A DNA stretch of 32,000 nucleotides from Mucisphaera calidilacus (GCF_007748075.1 NZ_CP036280.1:3150001-3182000), one strand, 5' to 3'. Positions 8,225 to 16,002 are shown, counted from the stretch's first letter. Numbers and translations: made by a program. The notes: generated from the letters alone by a model not told the origin.

Positions 8225-9601
8225 ATGTCGCGAGGTTTTCCGCTCCACTGGCAGATCGTGGTGGGTTTGATTCTGGGCGTGGTGGTGGGTCTGGCGTTGA
8301 ACAGTTACTGGACGGCGTCGACGTGGTCGGGATTGGGTGTGGAGGACGTGTCGCTGTTTCTGGAGGGCGGTCCGTTTGAGGGGGAGGACCCGAACACGGG
8401 TGCGGGTGCGGGTGCTTATGTGGCGGGGTTCGTGGCGAACCTGAATGGTTTTGTGGGTGATCTGTTTCTGCGGGCGCTGCGTCTGATTGGTCCGCCGATC
8501 GTGTTTTTCAGTCTGATCGTGGGTATTGCGAGTCTGCATGATCTGAACAAGGTGGGTCGGATCGGGACGAAGACGATCGTGATTTACCTGTCGACGACGG
8601 CGGTGGCGATTTCGCTGGGCGTGGTGCTGGCGAACGTGATCGGTCCGGGGCGTGGTTTCCCGGAGGAGCTGCGTACGGAGCTGATCGCGGGGTATGCGGA
8701 CTCGGCGTTCGCGAAGGTGGGAGCGGCGTCGACGCGTCCGACGACGTGGGAGGTGTTGTTGAACCTGGTGCCGTCGAACCCGTTTGCGGCACTGGCTCAG
8801 GCGAAGATGCTGCAGATCATCACGGTGGCTTTGCTGATCGGGATTTCGTTGACGCTGCTGCCTCGGGAGCGAGCGAAGGTGGTGGTGGATTTCTGTGACG
8901 TGATGACGGAGGTGACGATCAAGGTCGTGCACATGGTGTTGTATCTGGCGCCTTATGCGGTGTTCGCGTTGATTGCGGGCGTGGTGGCGGACCTGGGCGC
9001 GGAGGTGTTGCTGTCGCTGTTGCAGTATTCGCTGGTGGTGGTGGCGGGGTTGGGGTTGATGATGTTCGGGGTGTACCCGTTGCTGGTGGGCTTGTTGGCG
9101 GGTGTGGGTTATGGGCGGTTCTTCACGGCGATCAGTCCGGCGCAGCTGCTGGCGTTCAGCTCGGCGAGTTCGGGCGCGACGATCCCGGTGACGATGGAGT
9201 GCTGCGAGGAGCGTCTGGGCGCGTCGGAGGAGGTGACGAGTTTCGTGGTGCCTCTGGGCGCGACGATCAACATGGACGGGACGGCGTTGTACCTGGGTGT
9301 GTGCGCGGTGTTCATCGCGCAGATCTTCGGTGTGGAGCTGACGCTGGCGGACAATCTGGTGATCGTGCTGACGGCGACGCTGGCGTCGATCGGGACGGCG
9401 GCGGTGCCGGGCGCGGGTGTGATCATGATGGTGATCGTGCTGCAGGCGGTGGGTCTGCCTCTGGAGGGGATCGCGGTGATTCTGGGCGTGGACCGGATTC
9501 TGGACATGTGCCGGACGTCGTGCAACGTGACGGGCGACTGCATGGTGACGGCGGTGGTGGCGGCGTCGGAGGGTGGGTTGAAGAGGGCGGACGAGGTGTA
9601 G
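8225..9601 (+). CDS. Dicarboxylate/amino acid:cation symporter (DAACS / GltP-DctA family)
   Basis: 458 aa and multi-pass. The motif SSASSGATIPVTMEC corresponds to the conserved SSSxATLP hairpin motif, followed by VPLGATINMDGTALY. AAGGA lies upstream of the ATG at 8225. Confidence 0.88.
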   Translation: MSRGFPLHWQIVVGLILGVVVGLALNSYWTASTWSGLGVEDVSLFLEGGPFEGEDPNTGAGAGAYVAGFVANLNGFVGDLFLRALRLIGPPIVFFSLIVGIASLHDLNKVGRIGTKTIVIYLSTTAVAISLGVVLANVIGPGRGFPEELRTELIAGYADSAFAKVGAASTRPTTWEVLLNLVPSNPFAALAQAKMLQIITVALLIGISLTLLPRERAKVVVDFCDVMTEVTIKVVHMVLYLAPYAVFALIAGVVADLGAEVLLSLLQYSLVVVAGLGLMMFGVYPLLVGLLAGVGYGRFFTAISPAQLLAFSSASSGATIPVTMECCEERLGASEEVTSFVVPLGATINMDGTALYLGVCAVFIAQIFGVELTLADNLVIVLTATLASIGTAAVPGAGVIMMVIVLQAVGLPLEGIAVILGVDRILDMCRTSCNVTGDCMVTAVVAASEGGLKRADEV

Positions 9602-9620
9602 GCCACACAGCAACCTCGGG

Positions 9621-9650
9621 GACCCGGTTCAATGTGCCACCCGGGTTTTC
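9621..9650 (+). terminator. Candidate intrinsic terminator after the DAACS gene
   Basis: Stem ACCCGG (9622-9627) pairs with CCGGGT (9641-9646), and the following T run extends to 9649. It begins 20 nt after the stop at 9601. The stem is only 6 bp and the loop is 13 nt, so it is weak. Confidence 0.4.
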
Positions 9651-9753
9651 GGCTGGGGTTTTGGTGGGGTGGGGATGGGTTTGAGCGGGGGTGTTGGCGG
9701 ACGTGTGGCTGGGGATGCCCTACACTCTCGTTCCCTTTTAAAGGAGTGCTGTT

Positions 9754-10683
9754 TTGGCTGAGGCGACGATGCGGCGGGTTCGGATTGGTCATTCGCCTGA
9801 CCCGGATGACGCATTCATGTGGTATCCGCTGGCGAACTTCACGGGTCCGAGCGGAGAGGTTCACCGGCCGCAGATTGACACGGGGGGTTTTGCGTTCGAG
9901 CACGTGATGGAGGACATCGAGTCGCTGAACCAGCGGAGCGAGCGTGGTGAGCTGGAGGTGACGGCGTTGTCGATCCATCAGTTCCCTTATGTGGCGGATC
10001 GTTATGTGCTGACGAGTTGCGGGTCGTCGATGGGTGACGGTTATGGTCCGATCGTGGTGACGCCTGCGGATCGGGAGGGTGGTTCGCGGGATGACGGGGC
10101 GGTGAAGTGGCTCAAGGGCAAGCGTCTGGCGATTCCGGGTGTGCGGACGAGTGCGTGGTTGTCGATGCAGCTGCGTCTGGCGGAGGTGGGTCTGAGTGCG
10201 GCGGACGTGGACTGGTCGGTGGTGGCGTTTGACGAGATCCCGGATCGCGTGCTGGCGGGCGAGGCGGACGCGGGGTTGTTGATTCACGAGGGTCAGTTGA
10301 CGTATGAGAAGCAGGGTTTGCGTCTGGTGGAGGACCTGGGCAAGTGGTGGACCGACTCGCGTGGGCTGCCTCTTCCGCTGGGGGGCAATGCGATCCGCAA
10401 GGATCTGGGTGACGCGGTGGGTCCGTTGTGCGGGGTGTTGTTGGATTCGATCGAGTGGGCGCTGGAGCATCGGGCGGAGAGTGTGGGTTTTGCGTTGCAG
10501 TGGGCGCGGGGGATGGGCAGCGCGTTGGCGGATGAGTTTGTGGGGATGTACGTGAACGACTGGACGCTTGACTATGGCGAGCGTGGTCGCGCGGCGGTGA
10601 CGCGTTTTATTGAGGAGGGGGTGAGGGCGGGCCTGGTGCCTGACAAGGGCGCGGTGGCGTTTGCGGAGCCTGAGCGGGGCTAG
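9754..10683 (+). CDS. MqnA/MqnD/SBP-fold family protein (futalosine-pathway menaquinone biosynthesis-like)
   Basis: N-terminal RIGHSPDPDDAFMWYPL resembles the SPCPND-type motif of MqnD-like periplasmic-binding-fold enzymes. The TTG start at 9754 is preceded by AAGGAG (9741-9746) at 7-nt spacing. Confidence 0.65.
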   Translation: MAEATMRRVRIGHSPDPDDAFMWYPLANFTGPSGEVHRPQIDTGGFAFEHVMEDIESLNQRSERGELEVTALSIHQFPYVADRYVLTSCGSSMGDGYGPIVVTPADREGGSRDDGAVKWLKGKRLAIPGVRTSAWLSMQLRLAEVGLSAADVDWSVVAFDEIPDRVLAGEADAGLLIHEGQLTYEKQGLRLVEDLGKWWTDSRGLPLPLGGNAIRKDLGDAVGPLCGVLLDSIEWALEHRAESVGFALQWARGMGSALADEFVGMYVNDWTLDYGERGRAAVTRFIEEGVRAGLVPDKGAVAFAEPERG

Positions 10684-10717
10684 GGGTTTGTGCGTCTGCG
10701 GTTCTGCTCCGGTCGGG

Positions 10718-11326
10718 TCAGGGTGTGGTGGGGATTTGGGAGAGGGAGTGGTGTGATGGGGGTGTGTTGAAGTCGTTGGGGGTAAGGTTGCCGGTGAGGG
10801 TGTTGAGCTGGATCTGGGTGTCGGAGAGTTTCTGTCGGAGGGTGAGGGCTTGTTGTTCGGCGGCGCCGGCGGCGGAGCTGGATGACCAGAGCATGAGGAG
10901 GGAGAGGGTGAGGATGGAGGCGAAGATGGCGCTGGAGGTGAAGAAGAGTTTGCGGAGTCGCTGGTTCTGTTCGTTGAGGAGTCGGACCTTGTCGTGGGCC
11001 TCGTCGGTCTGTCGCTGAGCGAGGACGACGGCGGCGCCGGCGAGTCGCTGGTATCGGTGCGCCTCGGGTGCGTCGGAGGGTGCGGTGTCGGCGAGGAGGT
11101 CGCCTGGGGCGAAGGTCTGGGCGTGTTCGGGGTCGAAGAGTTGCTCGATGGCCTCTTCGGGTGAGTCGGGTGTGGTGGGCTCGTCGGCGGGTATCCGGAC
11201 TTTCTTTCGGCCGTCGGTTTCGACGCGGACGTCGAGCATGGATCGGGCGATGCGTCGTCGGATGGTGGAGGTGCTGACGCCCAGGGCCTGGGCGGCTTGT
11301 TGGATGGTGACCCAGGCTTGCGGCAC
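10718..11326 (-). CDS. Membrane-anchored DNA-binding protein with excisionase/MerR-type HTH, coiled coil and one TM segment
   Basis: N-terminus VTIQQAAQALGVSTSTIRRRIARSML (HTH_17/excisionase-like). A heptad-like segment RQTDEAHDKVRLLNEQNQRLRKL, the TM segment FFTSSAIFASILTLSLLMLW, then a second coiled segment. It starts 75 nt downstream of TerL. Confidence 0.7.
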   Translation of the reverse strand: MPQAWVTIQQAAQALGVSTSTIRRRIARSMLDVRVETDGRKKVRIPADEPTTPDSPEEAIEQLFDPEHAQTFAPGDLLADTAPSDAPEAHRYQRLAGAAVVLAQRQTDEAHDKVRLLNEQNQRLRKLFFTSSAIFASILTLSLLMLWSSSSAAGAAEQQALTLRQKLSDTQIQLNTLTGNLTPNDFNTPPSHHSLSQIPTTP

Positions 11327-11401
11327 GGGTTGGTCTCCCTGAGGTGTGTGTAGTGATGATTTCGGGTGGATCGGGTGTTGTGTTGAGCGTGTTGTCGGGG
11401 A

Positions 11402-12916
11402 TCAGTAGTTGATGACGGTCGCGGGTCGTGAGCCGAGGTCGAGGTTGACGATCAGGTAGCGGAGGGCGTCGGCGGCGTGGTCGGGTCCGTCCTTGACGGG
11501 TTCGAGGTGTGTGGGTCGTTTGTGGTCGAAGTGGTAGCAGGTGAGTGCGTGGATGAGGTGTGTGCATCGCGGGTCGATGTGGAGTCGGTCGTGGTCGATG
11601 TGGTTTCGGACGCGTTCGATGCCGTCGCGGATGCGGTGTCGGTGTGATCGGACGTTGAAGCCGTGGTCGCGTAGGAGGTCGATATCGGAGCGTCCGGTGT
11701 GGGCGTTGCGTGCGGAGCCGGCGGGGTCGACGGCGGCCCATCGCGGCATAGGGTGGGGTCGTGCGGTGATGCGTTGGATGTGTTGTCCGAGGGTGAGGTC
11801 GGTCTGGTGGTATTCGTCGATGACGTGGAGGGTGGTCTGGCCGAGGTCGTTGTAGGCGTGTGCGGCCCAGAGGAAGACGGTGGGTGATCGGAGTCCGAAG
11901 TCCATGCCGGCGACGAGGGTGTGGTTTTCGGACGAGGTGTAGGGTCGGACGTGTCGCGTGGGGTTGAAGGTGGGGTAGACGGCGTCGTCTCGTGAGGGTC
12001 GGTGGCAGAGCATTTCGGCGTGCCAGGTGGCGGTTGAGGTTCGTGCGTGCTGCTGGATGAGGTCGTCGATGGGGATGAAGCCGCGGGCGTTGCGTGCGCG
12101 TCCCTGACAGTCGGGTTCGAGTGGGCAGGTGTTGCAGGATCGTGAGGTCGGGCAGGGTTGTGCGGTGTCGATGGCGGACCATCGGAGTTGTTGTCGGTGT
12201 GTGGCGGCGGGTGTGGTGTTGTCGATGAGTGCGGACATGAGTCCGCCGGGCCGGTGAGCGGTGGAGAGTGCGTGGACGGAGCCGCGGACGAACCAGGGGC
12301 CGCATCGCCCGGAGCGTGTGGTGAGTTGTGCGGCCTGCCAGATGTCGTGTTGGAACTCTTCGACCTCGTCGCATCGGAGTCGGTGGACGCGTGTGCCGCG
12401 GACGGAGCGGTGTGACTGTGCGAGTATTTCGAGGGCGGAGCCGTTGGCGAGTGTGAGTCGTCGCTGGGTGGGTGGCTGGGCGAGGACGGAGTTGGTGGAT
12501 CCGGGTTTGGGGTGATGGAGCAGGGGTGTGTTGAGGAGCCGGAGCAGGTGGTGGTGCATGCGTAGGGATTGCTCGAGGGATCCGCCGAGGATGCGCAGCT
12601 GGAAGCCGGGTTTGAAGATGAGGTCGAGGAGTGAGGCGACGGCGCCGAGCAGGGTTTTTCCGCCGCCTCGGTTGGCCCAGACGACGATGTCGGCGGGTGC
12701 GTGGTGTTGGTGTCGTGCGGCGAGCTGGTCGGCGAAGAAGCTGCGGAGCAGGTATTGGAAGGGGGGTGATGCGTTGGGGGTGACGGCGTGTCGGGGGACG
12801 TTGAGTCCGAGTCCGACGCGGACGAATCGGTGGAGCTGGTCGGGTGTCTGGGGGCAGGCGGACTGGAGGAGTCGGAGTCGTGTGGAGGGTTTTCGTTGGT
12901 GGTCGTGGCGGGTCAT
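11402..12916 (-). CDS. Phage terminase large subunit (TerL)-like ATPase-nuclease
   Basis: Walker A VVWANRGGGKTLLGAV and Walker B RLRCDEVEEF. RNase-H-like nuclease motifs VAGMDFGLRSPTVFLW, VIDEY, AAVDPAGSAR and DGPDHAADALRYL. A Cys cluster CPTSRSCNTCPLEPDC lies between the two domains. The true start is the ATG at 12916, overlapping the upstream stop as ATGA. The 769-aa track ORF extending to 13711 is a shadow extension. Confidence 0.88.
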   Translation of the reverse strand: MTRHDHQRKPSTRLRLLQSACPQTPDQLHRFVRVGLGLNVPRHAVTPNASPPFQYLLRSFFADQLAARHQHHAPADIVVWANRGGGKTLLGAVASLLDLIFKPGFQLRILGGSLEQSLRMHHHLLRLLNTPLLHHPKPGSTNSVLAQPPTQRRLTLANGSALEILAQSHRSVRGTRVHRLRCDEVEEFQHDIWQAAQLTTRSGRCGPWFVRGSVHALSTAHRPGGLMSALIDNTTPAATHRQQLRWSAIDTAQPCPTSRSCNTCPLEPDCQGRARNARGFIPIDDLIQQHARTSTATWHAEMLCHRPSRDDAVYPTFNPTRHVRPYTSSENHTLVAGMDFGLRSPTVFLWAAHAYNDLGQTTLHVIDEYHQTDLTLGQHIQRITARPHPMPRWAAVDPAGSARNAHTGRSDIDLLRDHGFNVRSHRHRIRDGIERVRNHIDHDRLHIDPRCTHLIHALTCYHFDHKRPTHLEPVKDGPDHAADALRYLIVNLDLGSRPATVINY

Positions 12917-13335
12917 GGCTGGTCCTGGTGGTCGGTGTCTTCGTCGTCGTCGTGGGTGTAGAGGATTTCGCGGAGCTGCTGGGGTGTGAGGTTGTCGTCG
13001 TGTTGGTCGGGTGTGGTCGGCAGGTGTCGGTCGAGTTTGAGGAGGTCGACGCAGGCCTTGCGTGCGGTTTCGGAGTTGGTGGGTTCTTCGGCGGTGGCGA
13101 GGGTGAGCAGTCGGGAGGCGGCCATGAGTCGGCATCGTCCGAGGAGGAGTTGTGTCTGGAGGTCGGCGAGCGAGCAGAGGGCGCCGAGGGTTCGGAGGGT
13201 GTCTTCGCGTGAGGCCCATGCGGCGAGTTCGTGGGTGGAGAGTTTGTGGTTTTCGGCGATGCCGACCCAGTCGGACTCGGCGCGGATGAGGTCGGCGAGG
13301 AGTGCGCGGGCGCGGTTGCTCGACATCTTGCTCAT
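12913..13335 (-). CDS. Small helical acidic-tailed protein; positional candidate for a terminase small subunit
   Basis: 140 aa, translationally coupled to TerL (ATGA at 12913-12916). Helical composition with an acidic C-terminus DDDEDTDHQDQP. I recognise no motif; the function is inferred from position only. Confidence 0.55.
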   Translation of the reverse strand: MSKMSSNRARALLADLIRAESDWVGIAENHKLSTHELAAWASREDTLRTLGALCSLADLQTQLLLGRCRLMAASRLLTLATAEEPTNSETARKACVDLLKLDRHLPTTPDQHDDNLTPQQLREILYTHDDDEDTDHQDQP

Positions 13336-13350
13336 GGTGTTGGTCCCGGG

Positions 13351-14007
13351 TCAGTGGTTGTGCTGTTCGACGAGTTTCATGAGGGCGTCGGAGCGTGAGC
13401 CGCCCAGGGATCGGAGGGTCTGGTCGAGTCGTTGGCGTTGGGGTGGTGTGAGGAAGAAGTGGACGGCGAGGGTTTGTTGTTCGGGGGGTGTGGGTGGTTG
13501 GAGTCGTGGTTGGGTGGTGGTGAGTTGGATGAGGTGTTCTGCGGCGGAGCGGTCTTCGGGGAGCAGGGGTGTGATATCGGGGAGGGGGATGTGTCGGGTG
13601 AGTTGGGTGAGGAGTTGTCCGCGTCGGGTGGGGTTGTCGGAGCCTGAGAGTCGATTGAGGGTGGCGAGGTAGACGAGTGCCTGAGCGTCGTCGACGTCCC
13701 AGACGAGGCATCGTGCGTGGGTGTGGTTGAGTTGCTGGAGGGCTCGGCGTCGGTGGTGACCGTCGAGGATCTGGTAGGTGTTGCGGGTGAGGGGTCTGGT
13801 GATGATGGGCGGGTAGTGGCTGGTTTTGCTGATGTGTCGGGCGAGTTTGTCGATCATGCGTTGGCGCATGACGTTGGCGTTGTGGGGGTGTTGCTGGAGT
13901 TGTTCAAGCGGGATGTTGTGGAGCGTGTTGGGGGTTGATGTGGGCGTAGTAGACGGGTTCGACGAGGACGCGGGTGCGTGCGGTGTTGAGTTGTTGTGGT
14001 GTGTCAT
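13351..14007 (-). CDS. ParB/Sulfiredoxin (ParB N-terminal nuclease-like) domain protein
   Basis: NIPLEQLQQHPHNANVM...YPPIITRPL...YQILDGHHRRRAL matches the ParB/Srx N-terminal domain pattern, including DGHHR. The only in-frame canonical start upstream of the domain is the ATG at 14007. That start gives a 104-nt out-of-frame overlap with the GNAT gene. Confidence 0.75.
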   Translation of the reverse strand: MTHHNNSTPHAPASSSNPSTTPTSTPNTLHNIPLEQLQQHPHNANVMRQRMIDKLARHISKTSHYPPIITRPLTRNTYQILDGHHRRRALQQLNHTHARCLVWDVDDAQALVYLATLNRLSGSDNPTRRGQLLTQLTRHIPLPDITPLLPEDRSAAEHLIQLTTTQPRLQPPTPPEQQTLAVHFFLTPPQRQRLDQTLRSLGGSRSDALMKLVEQHNH

Positions 14008-14707
14008 GGTGTCGTCGTCCTCCTCGTCCGGCGTTCTGCTGGTACCAGCGTTGGACTTCCCGGATGAGGAAGTGTTGTGTGGCTGGCGGCCGGCGTTGGA
14101 TGTCCTGCCATAAGCGTGCGGGTCGTGCCAGGTCGGTGCGCACGAACCCGGCGTGTTCGAGGGCGTCGAGGAGTCGCTGGTCGCAGGGGAGGGGTGGTCG
14201 GGTGTAGGGGGTCATGCCGGCGTGCTGGAAGAAGGGGTTGATGCGTCCCATGGCGGCGAGGGCTTCGGTGACGGGTGTGGTGGCGGTTTCGAGGGCGTGT
14301 CGGACGAGTCGGACGGCGAGGCCGTTGCCTCGGAACCGGGGGTGGACGATGACGCGGCTGATGCAGCGGATTTCCTGGTTGATGAGTCGGGCGCGTTGTG
14401 CGGGTGGGAGGGTGTTGCCGAAGCGTTGGTTGAGGGCGTGGTCGCGGAGGTTGCAGGCGAGTGCGGGGAGGGACTCGACGAGGATGGCGGCGGGTTGCGG
14501 CCTGGGTGTGCGCGCGAGCCAGCGGTCGGCGGGTGAGGGGTGTGTGTGGAGGAGGGCAAGGATGCGTGTGGCGGTGGCGGGTTTGTCGGCGCGGTAGTGG
14601 AAGGGGGCGAGTTGGCGGAGGTGGTCCCATGTGCCGGTGGTGAGGGTGAGGGCGTTGTCGTGGGCGGCGGGGTTGTGGAAGCGTTGGCGTAGGGTGGTGG
14701 TTGTCAT
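13904..14707 (-). CDS. GNAT-fold N-acetyltransferase-like protein
   Basis: CISRVIVHPRFRGNGLAVRLVRHALE fits the GNAT acetyl-CoA-binding motif A (R/Q-x-x-G-x-G/A). 267 aa. The ATG at 14707 overlaps the ATPase stop as ATGA (14704-14707). Confidence 0.65.
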   Translation of the reverse strand: MTTTTLRQRFHNPAAHDNALTLTTGTWDHLRQLAPFHYRADKPATATRILALLHTHPSPADRWLARTPRPQPAAILVESLPALACNLRDHALNQRFGNTLPPAQRARLINQEIRCISRVIVHPRFRGNGLAVRLVRHALETATTPVTEALAAMGRINPFFQHAGMTPYTRPPLPCDQRLLDALEHAGFVRTDLARPARLWQDIQRRPPATQHFLIREVQRWYQQNAGRGGRRHHDTPQQLNTARTRVLVEPVYYAHINPQHAPQHPA

Positions 14708-15399
14708 CGTGTGAGGACCTCGGCCTGGTGGTGGGGTGTGAGGTGGACGAGGGTGTCGGGCTGGAGGGGTTCGAGGAGGTCGTCGTGGGCGGTGGCGATG
14801 ACGAGGGTGGCGTGCGTGGTTCGTGACCAGCGGTGGAGGGTTTTGGCGAGGTTGGCGGCGGTGGTTCGGTCGAGGGGTGCGGCGAACTCGTCGGCGGTGA
14901 GGAGGGTTCGGGTGTCGGGTGGTGTGTGTTGTGAGAGCGCGATGGCGTGGGCGAGTCGGAGTCGGAAGCGTTGGCCGACGGAGAGTTGCGCGGGTGTTCG
15001 GAGCAGGAGTGCGGCCTCGGCGAGTCCGGCGCGGGAGAGGGCGTGGGTGAGGGTGTTGAGGTCGTCGGGCAGGGGTTGGGGGAGGCCTTCGGCGAGGGGT
15101 CGGTCGGGCCAGGGCGGGAGGTGGTCGAGGTCGATGTGTCGGGTGTCGGGGTCGTGGTGCTTGAGTTGGGTGGTGAGTTCGCGGAGGAGTGTGGACTTTC
15201 CGGTGCCTGAGGGCCCGGTGATGAAGACGAGTTGTGCGGGCCGGAGGGTGAGCTGGAGGGGCGGGACGAGGGTGAGGGGTTGGGATTGGTCGGCGTCGAG
15301 GCCGAAGAGGGCGGCGGCGTGGGCGACGGCGGGTGCGTCGTGGGTTGTGGGGGTGACGGTGGCGTGGAGGTCGAGGGTGACAGGGTTTATCACTTGCAA
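14704..15399 (-). CDS. Stand-alone ABC-type ATPase (no permease partner)
   Basis: Walker A FITGPSGTGKSTLL, signature-like LSVGQRFRLRLAHA, Walker B TLLTADEFAAPLD and H-loop-like VIATAHD. The start is TTG 15399 or GTG 15393, the latter 8 nt after GGGAG. Confidence 0.75.
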   Translation of the reverse strand: MQVINPVTLDLHATVTPTTHDAPAVAHAAALFGLDADQSQPLTLVPPLQLTLRPAQLVFITGPSGTGKSTLLRELTTQLKHHDPDTRHIDLDHLPPWPDRPLAEGLPQPLPDDLNTLTHALSRAGLAEAALLLRTPAQLSVGQRFRLRLAHAIALSQHTPPDTRTLLTADEFAAPLDRTTAANLAKTLHRWSRTTHATLVIATAHDDLLEPLQPDTLVHLTPHHQAEVLTR

Positions 15400-15438
15400 A
15401 ACTCCCGGTGTGTTTGGGGTGAGGGTTGGGTGCGGGGA

Positions 15439-15852
15439 TCAGAGTCGGGCGAGTGCTTTGACGACGCCCATGTGTTCGCGGACGCGGTGGAGGGAGATGC
15501 CGGTTTGTCGCGCGGTTTTGCGGAGGCTGTGGCCATGGAGCGCGACGGATTTCGCGGTGGGTCGGACGTCGGGCGGGAGGAGGTCGAGTTGCGTGGCGAC
15601 GAAGGCGAAGAGGTCGGAGTTGAGTCGGTTGAGGAGGTTTCGGAGTCGTCGCTGGACGGTTCTTGGGGGCTTATCGAGGAGTCGTGCGGTATCGGTGATG
15701 GTCATGCCATGGCGGTAGATCTGATCGAGGAGGAGTTGTTCGTGTCGTGGGAGGTAGGCGGCGCGAGCGAGGATGCGGTCGGCGTGGTTTCGCTGGCTGA
15801 CGCGAGCGTGCAGTTGTTTTTCGGTGGCGCGTTCGACGGTGGTTGCGGACAT
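15439..15852 (-). CDS. Small protein with two tandem sigma-70 region-4 / LuxR-like HTH domains (transcription activator or TerS-like DNA recognition protein)
   Basis: LPRHEQLLLDQIYRHGMTITDTARLLDKPPRTVQRRLRNLLNRL and LPPDVRPTAKSVALHGHSLRKTARQTGISLHRVREHM both fit the region-4 pattern. ATG at 15852 with GGGAGA 5 nt upstream. Confidence 0.7.
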   Translation of the reverse strand: MSATTVERATEKQLHARVSQRNHADRILARAAYLPRHEQLLLDQIYRHGMTITDTARLLDKPPRTVQRRLRNLLNRLNSDLFAFVATQLDLLPPDVRPTAKSVALHGHSLRKTARQTGISLHRVREHMGVVKALARL

Positions 15853-15895
15853 GGCTTTCTCCCTGTAAGTTAGGTGTCTGTTTGGTTATCCCCGG

Positions 15896-15923
15896 AGTAT
15901 ACGGCGGGTGGTCGTGCTGTCAA
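15896..15923 (-). promoter_or_regulatory. Sigma-70-type promoter for the module operon: -35 TTGACA, 16-nt spacer, -10 TATACT
   Basis: On the minus strand, TTGACA is at 15923-15918 and TATACT at 15901-15896. The predicted TSS is about 37 nt upstream of the ATG at 15852. Confidence 0.55.
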
Positions 15924-15936
15924 GACTTCGTATACT
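15896..15936. promoter_or_regulatory. Candidate operator pair: inverted 8-mers AGTATACG / CGTATACT, each containing the GTATAC palindrome
   Basis: AGTATACG (15896-15903) overlaps the -10. CGTATACT (15929-15936) lies just upstream of the -35. The centres are 33 bp apart (about 3 helical turns), bracketing the operon promoter. Confidence 0.45.
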
Positions 15937-16002
15937 GATTATTAAACCCTGCATGAACATCGATCAAGTTAATTTATGATATCTTTACAATTTAGTGCTT
16001 AA

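Noticed and set aside
10686-10698. Possible att-like direct repeats flanking the module: GTTTGTG and GCGTCTG at 10686-10698, versus GTTTGTG at 16928-16934 and GCGTCTG at 16978-16984.
   Set aside because: They are only 7-mers, they are not contiguous on the right side, and they are made of the G/T-rich composition that dominates the strand. That is consistent with chance. There is also no integrase or tRNA nearby.
12917-13711. N-terminal 265-aa extension of the TerL ORF (track ORF 11402-13711).
   Set aside because: The extension is Pro/Arg/Thr/His-rich nonsense overlapping two better-supported genes (12913-13335 and 13351-14007). The ATG at 12916 forms an ATGA overlap with the upstream stop, and meaningful sequence begins there.
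15963-15991. A full -35/-10 promoter call for the repressor gene on the + strand.
   Set aside because: TACAAT (15986-15991) and TATGAT (15975-15980) are plausible -10 elements. The corresponding -35 positions (ATCAAG, ATGAAC) match the consensus poorly. I therefore mention this only as a hypothesis in the switch-region finding.
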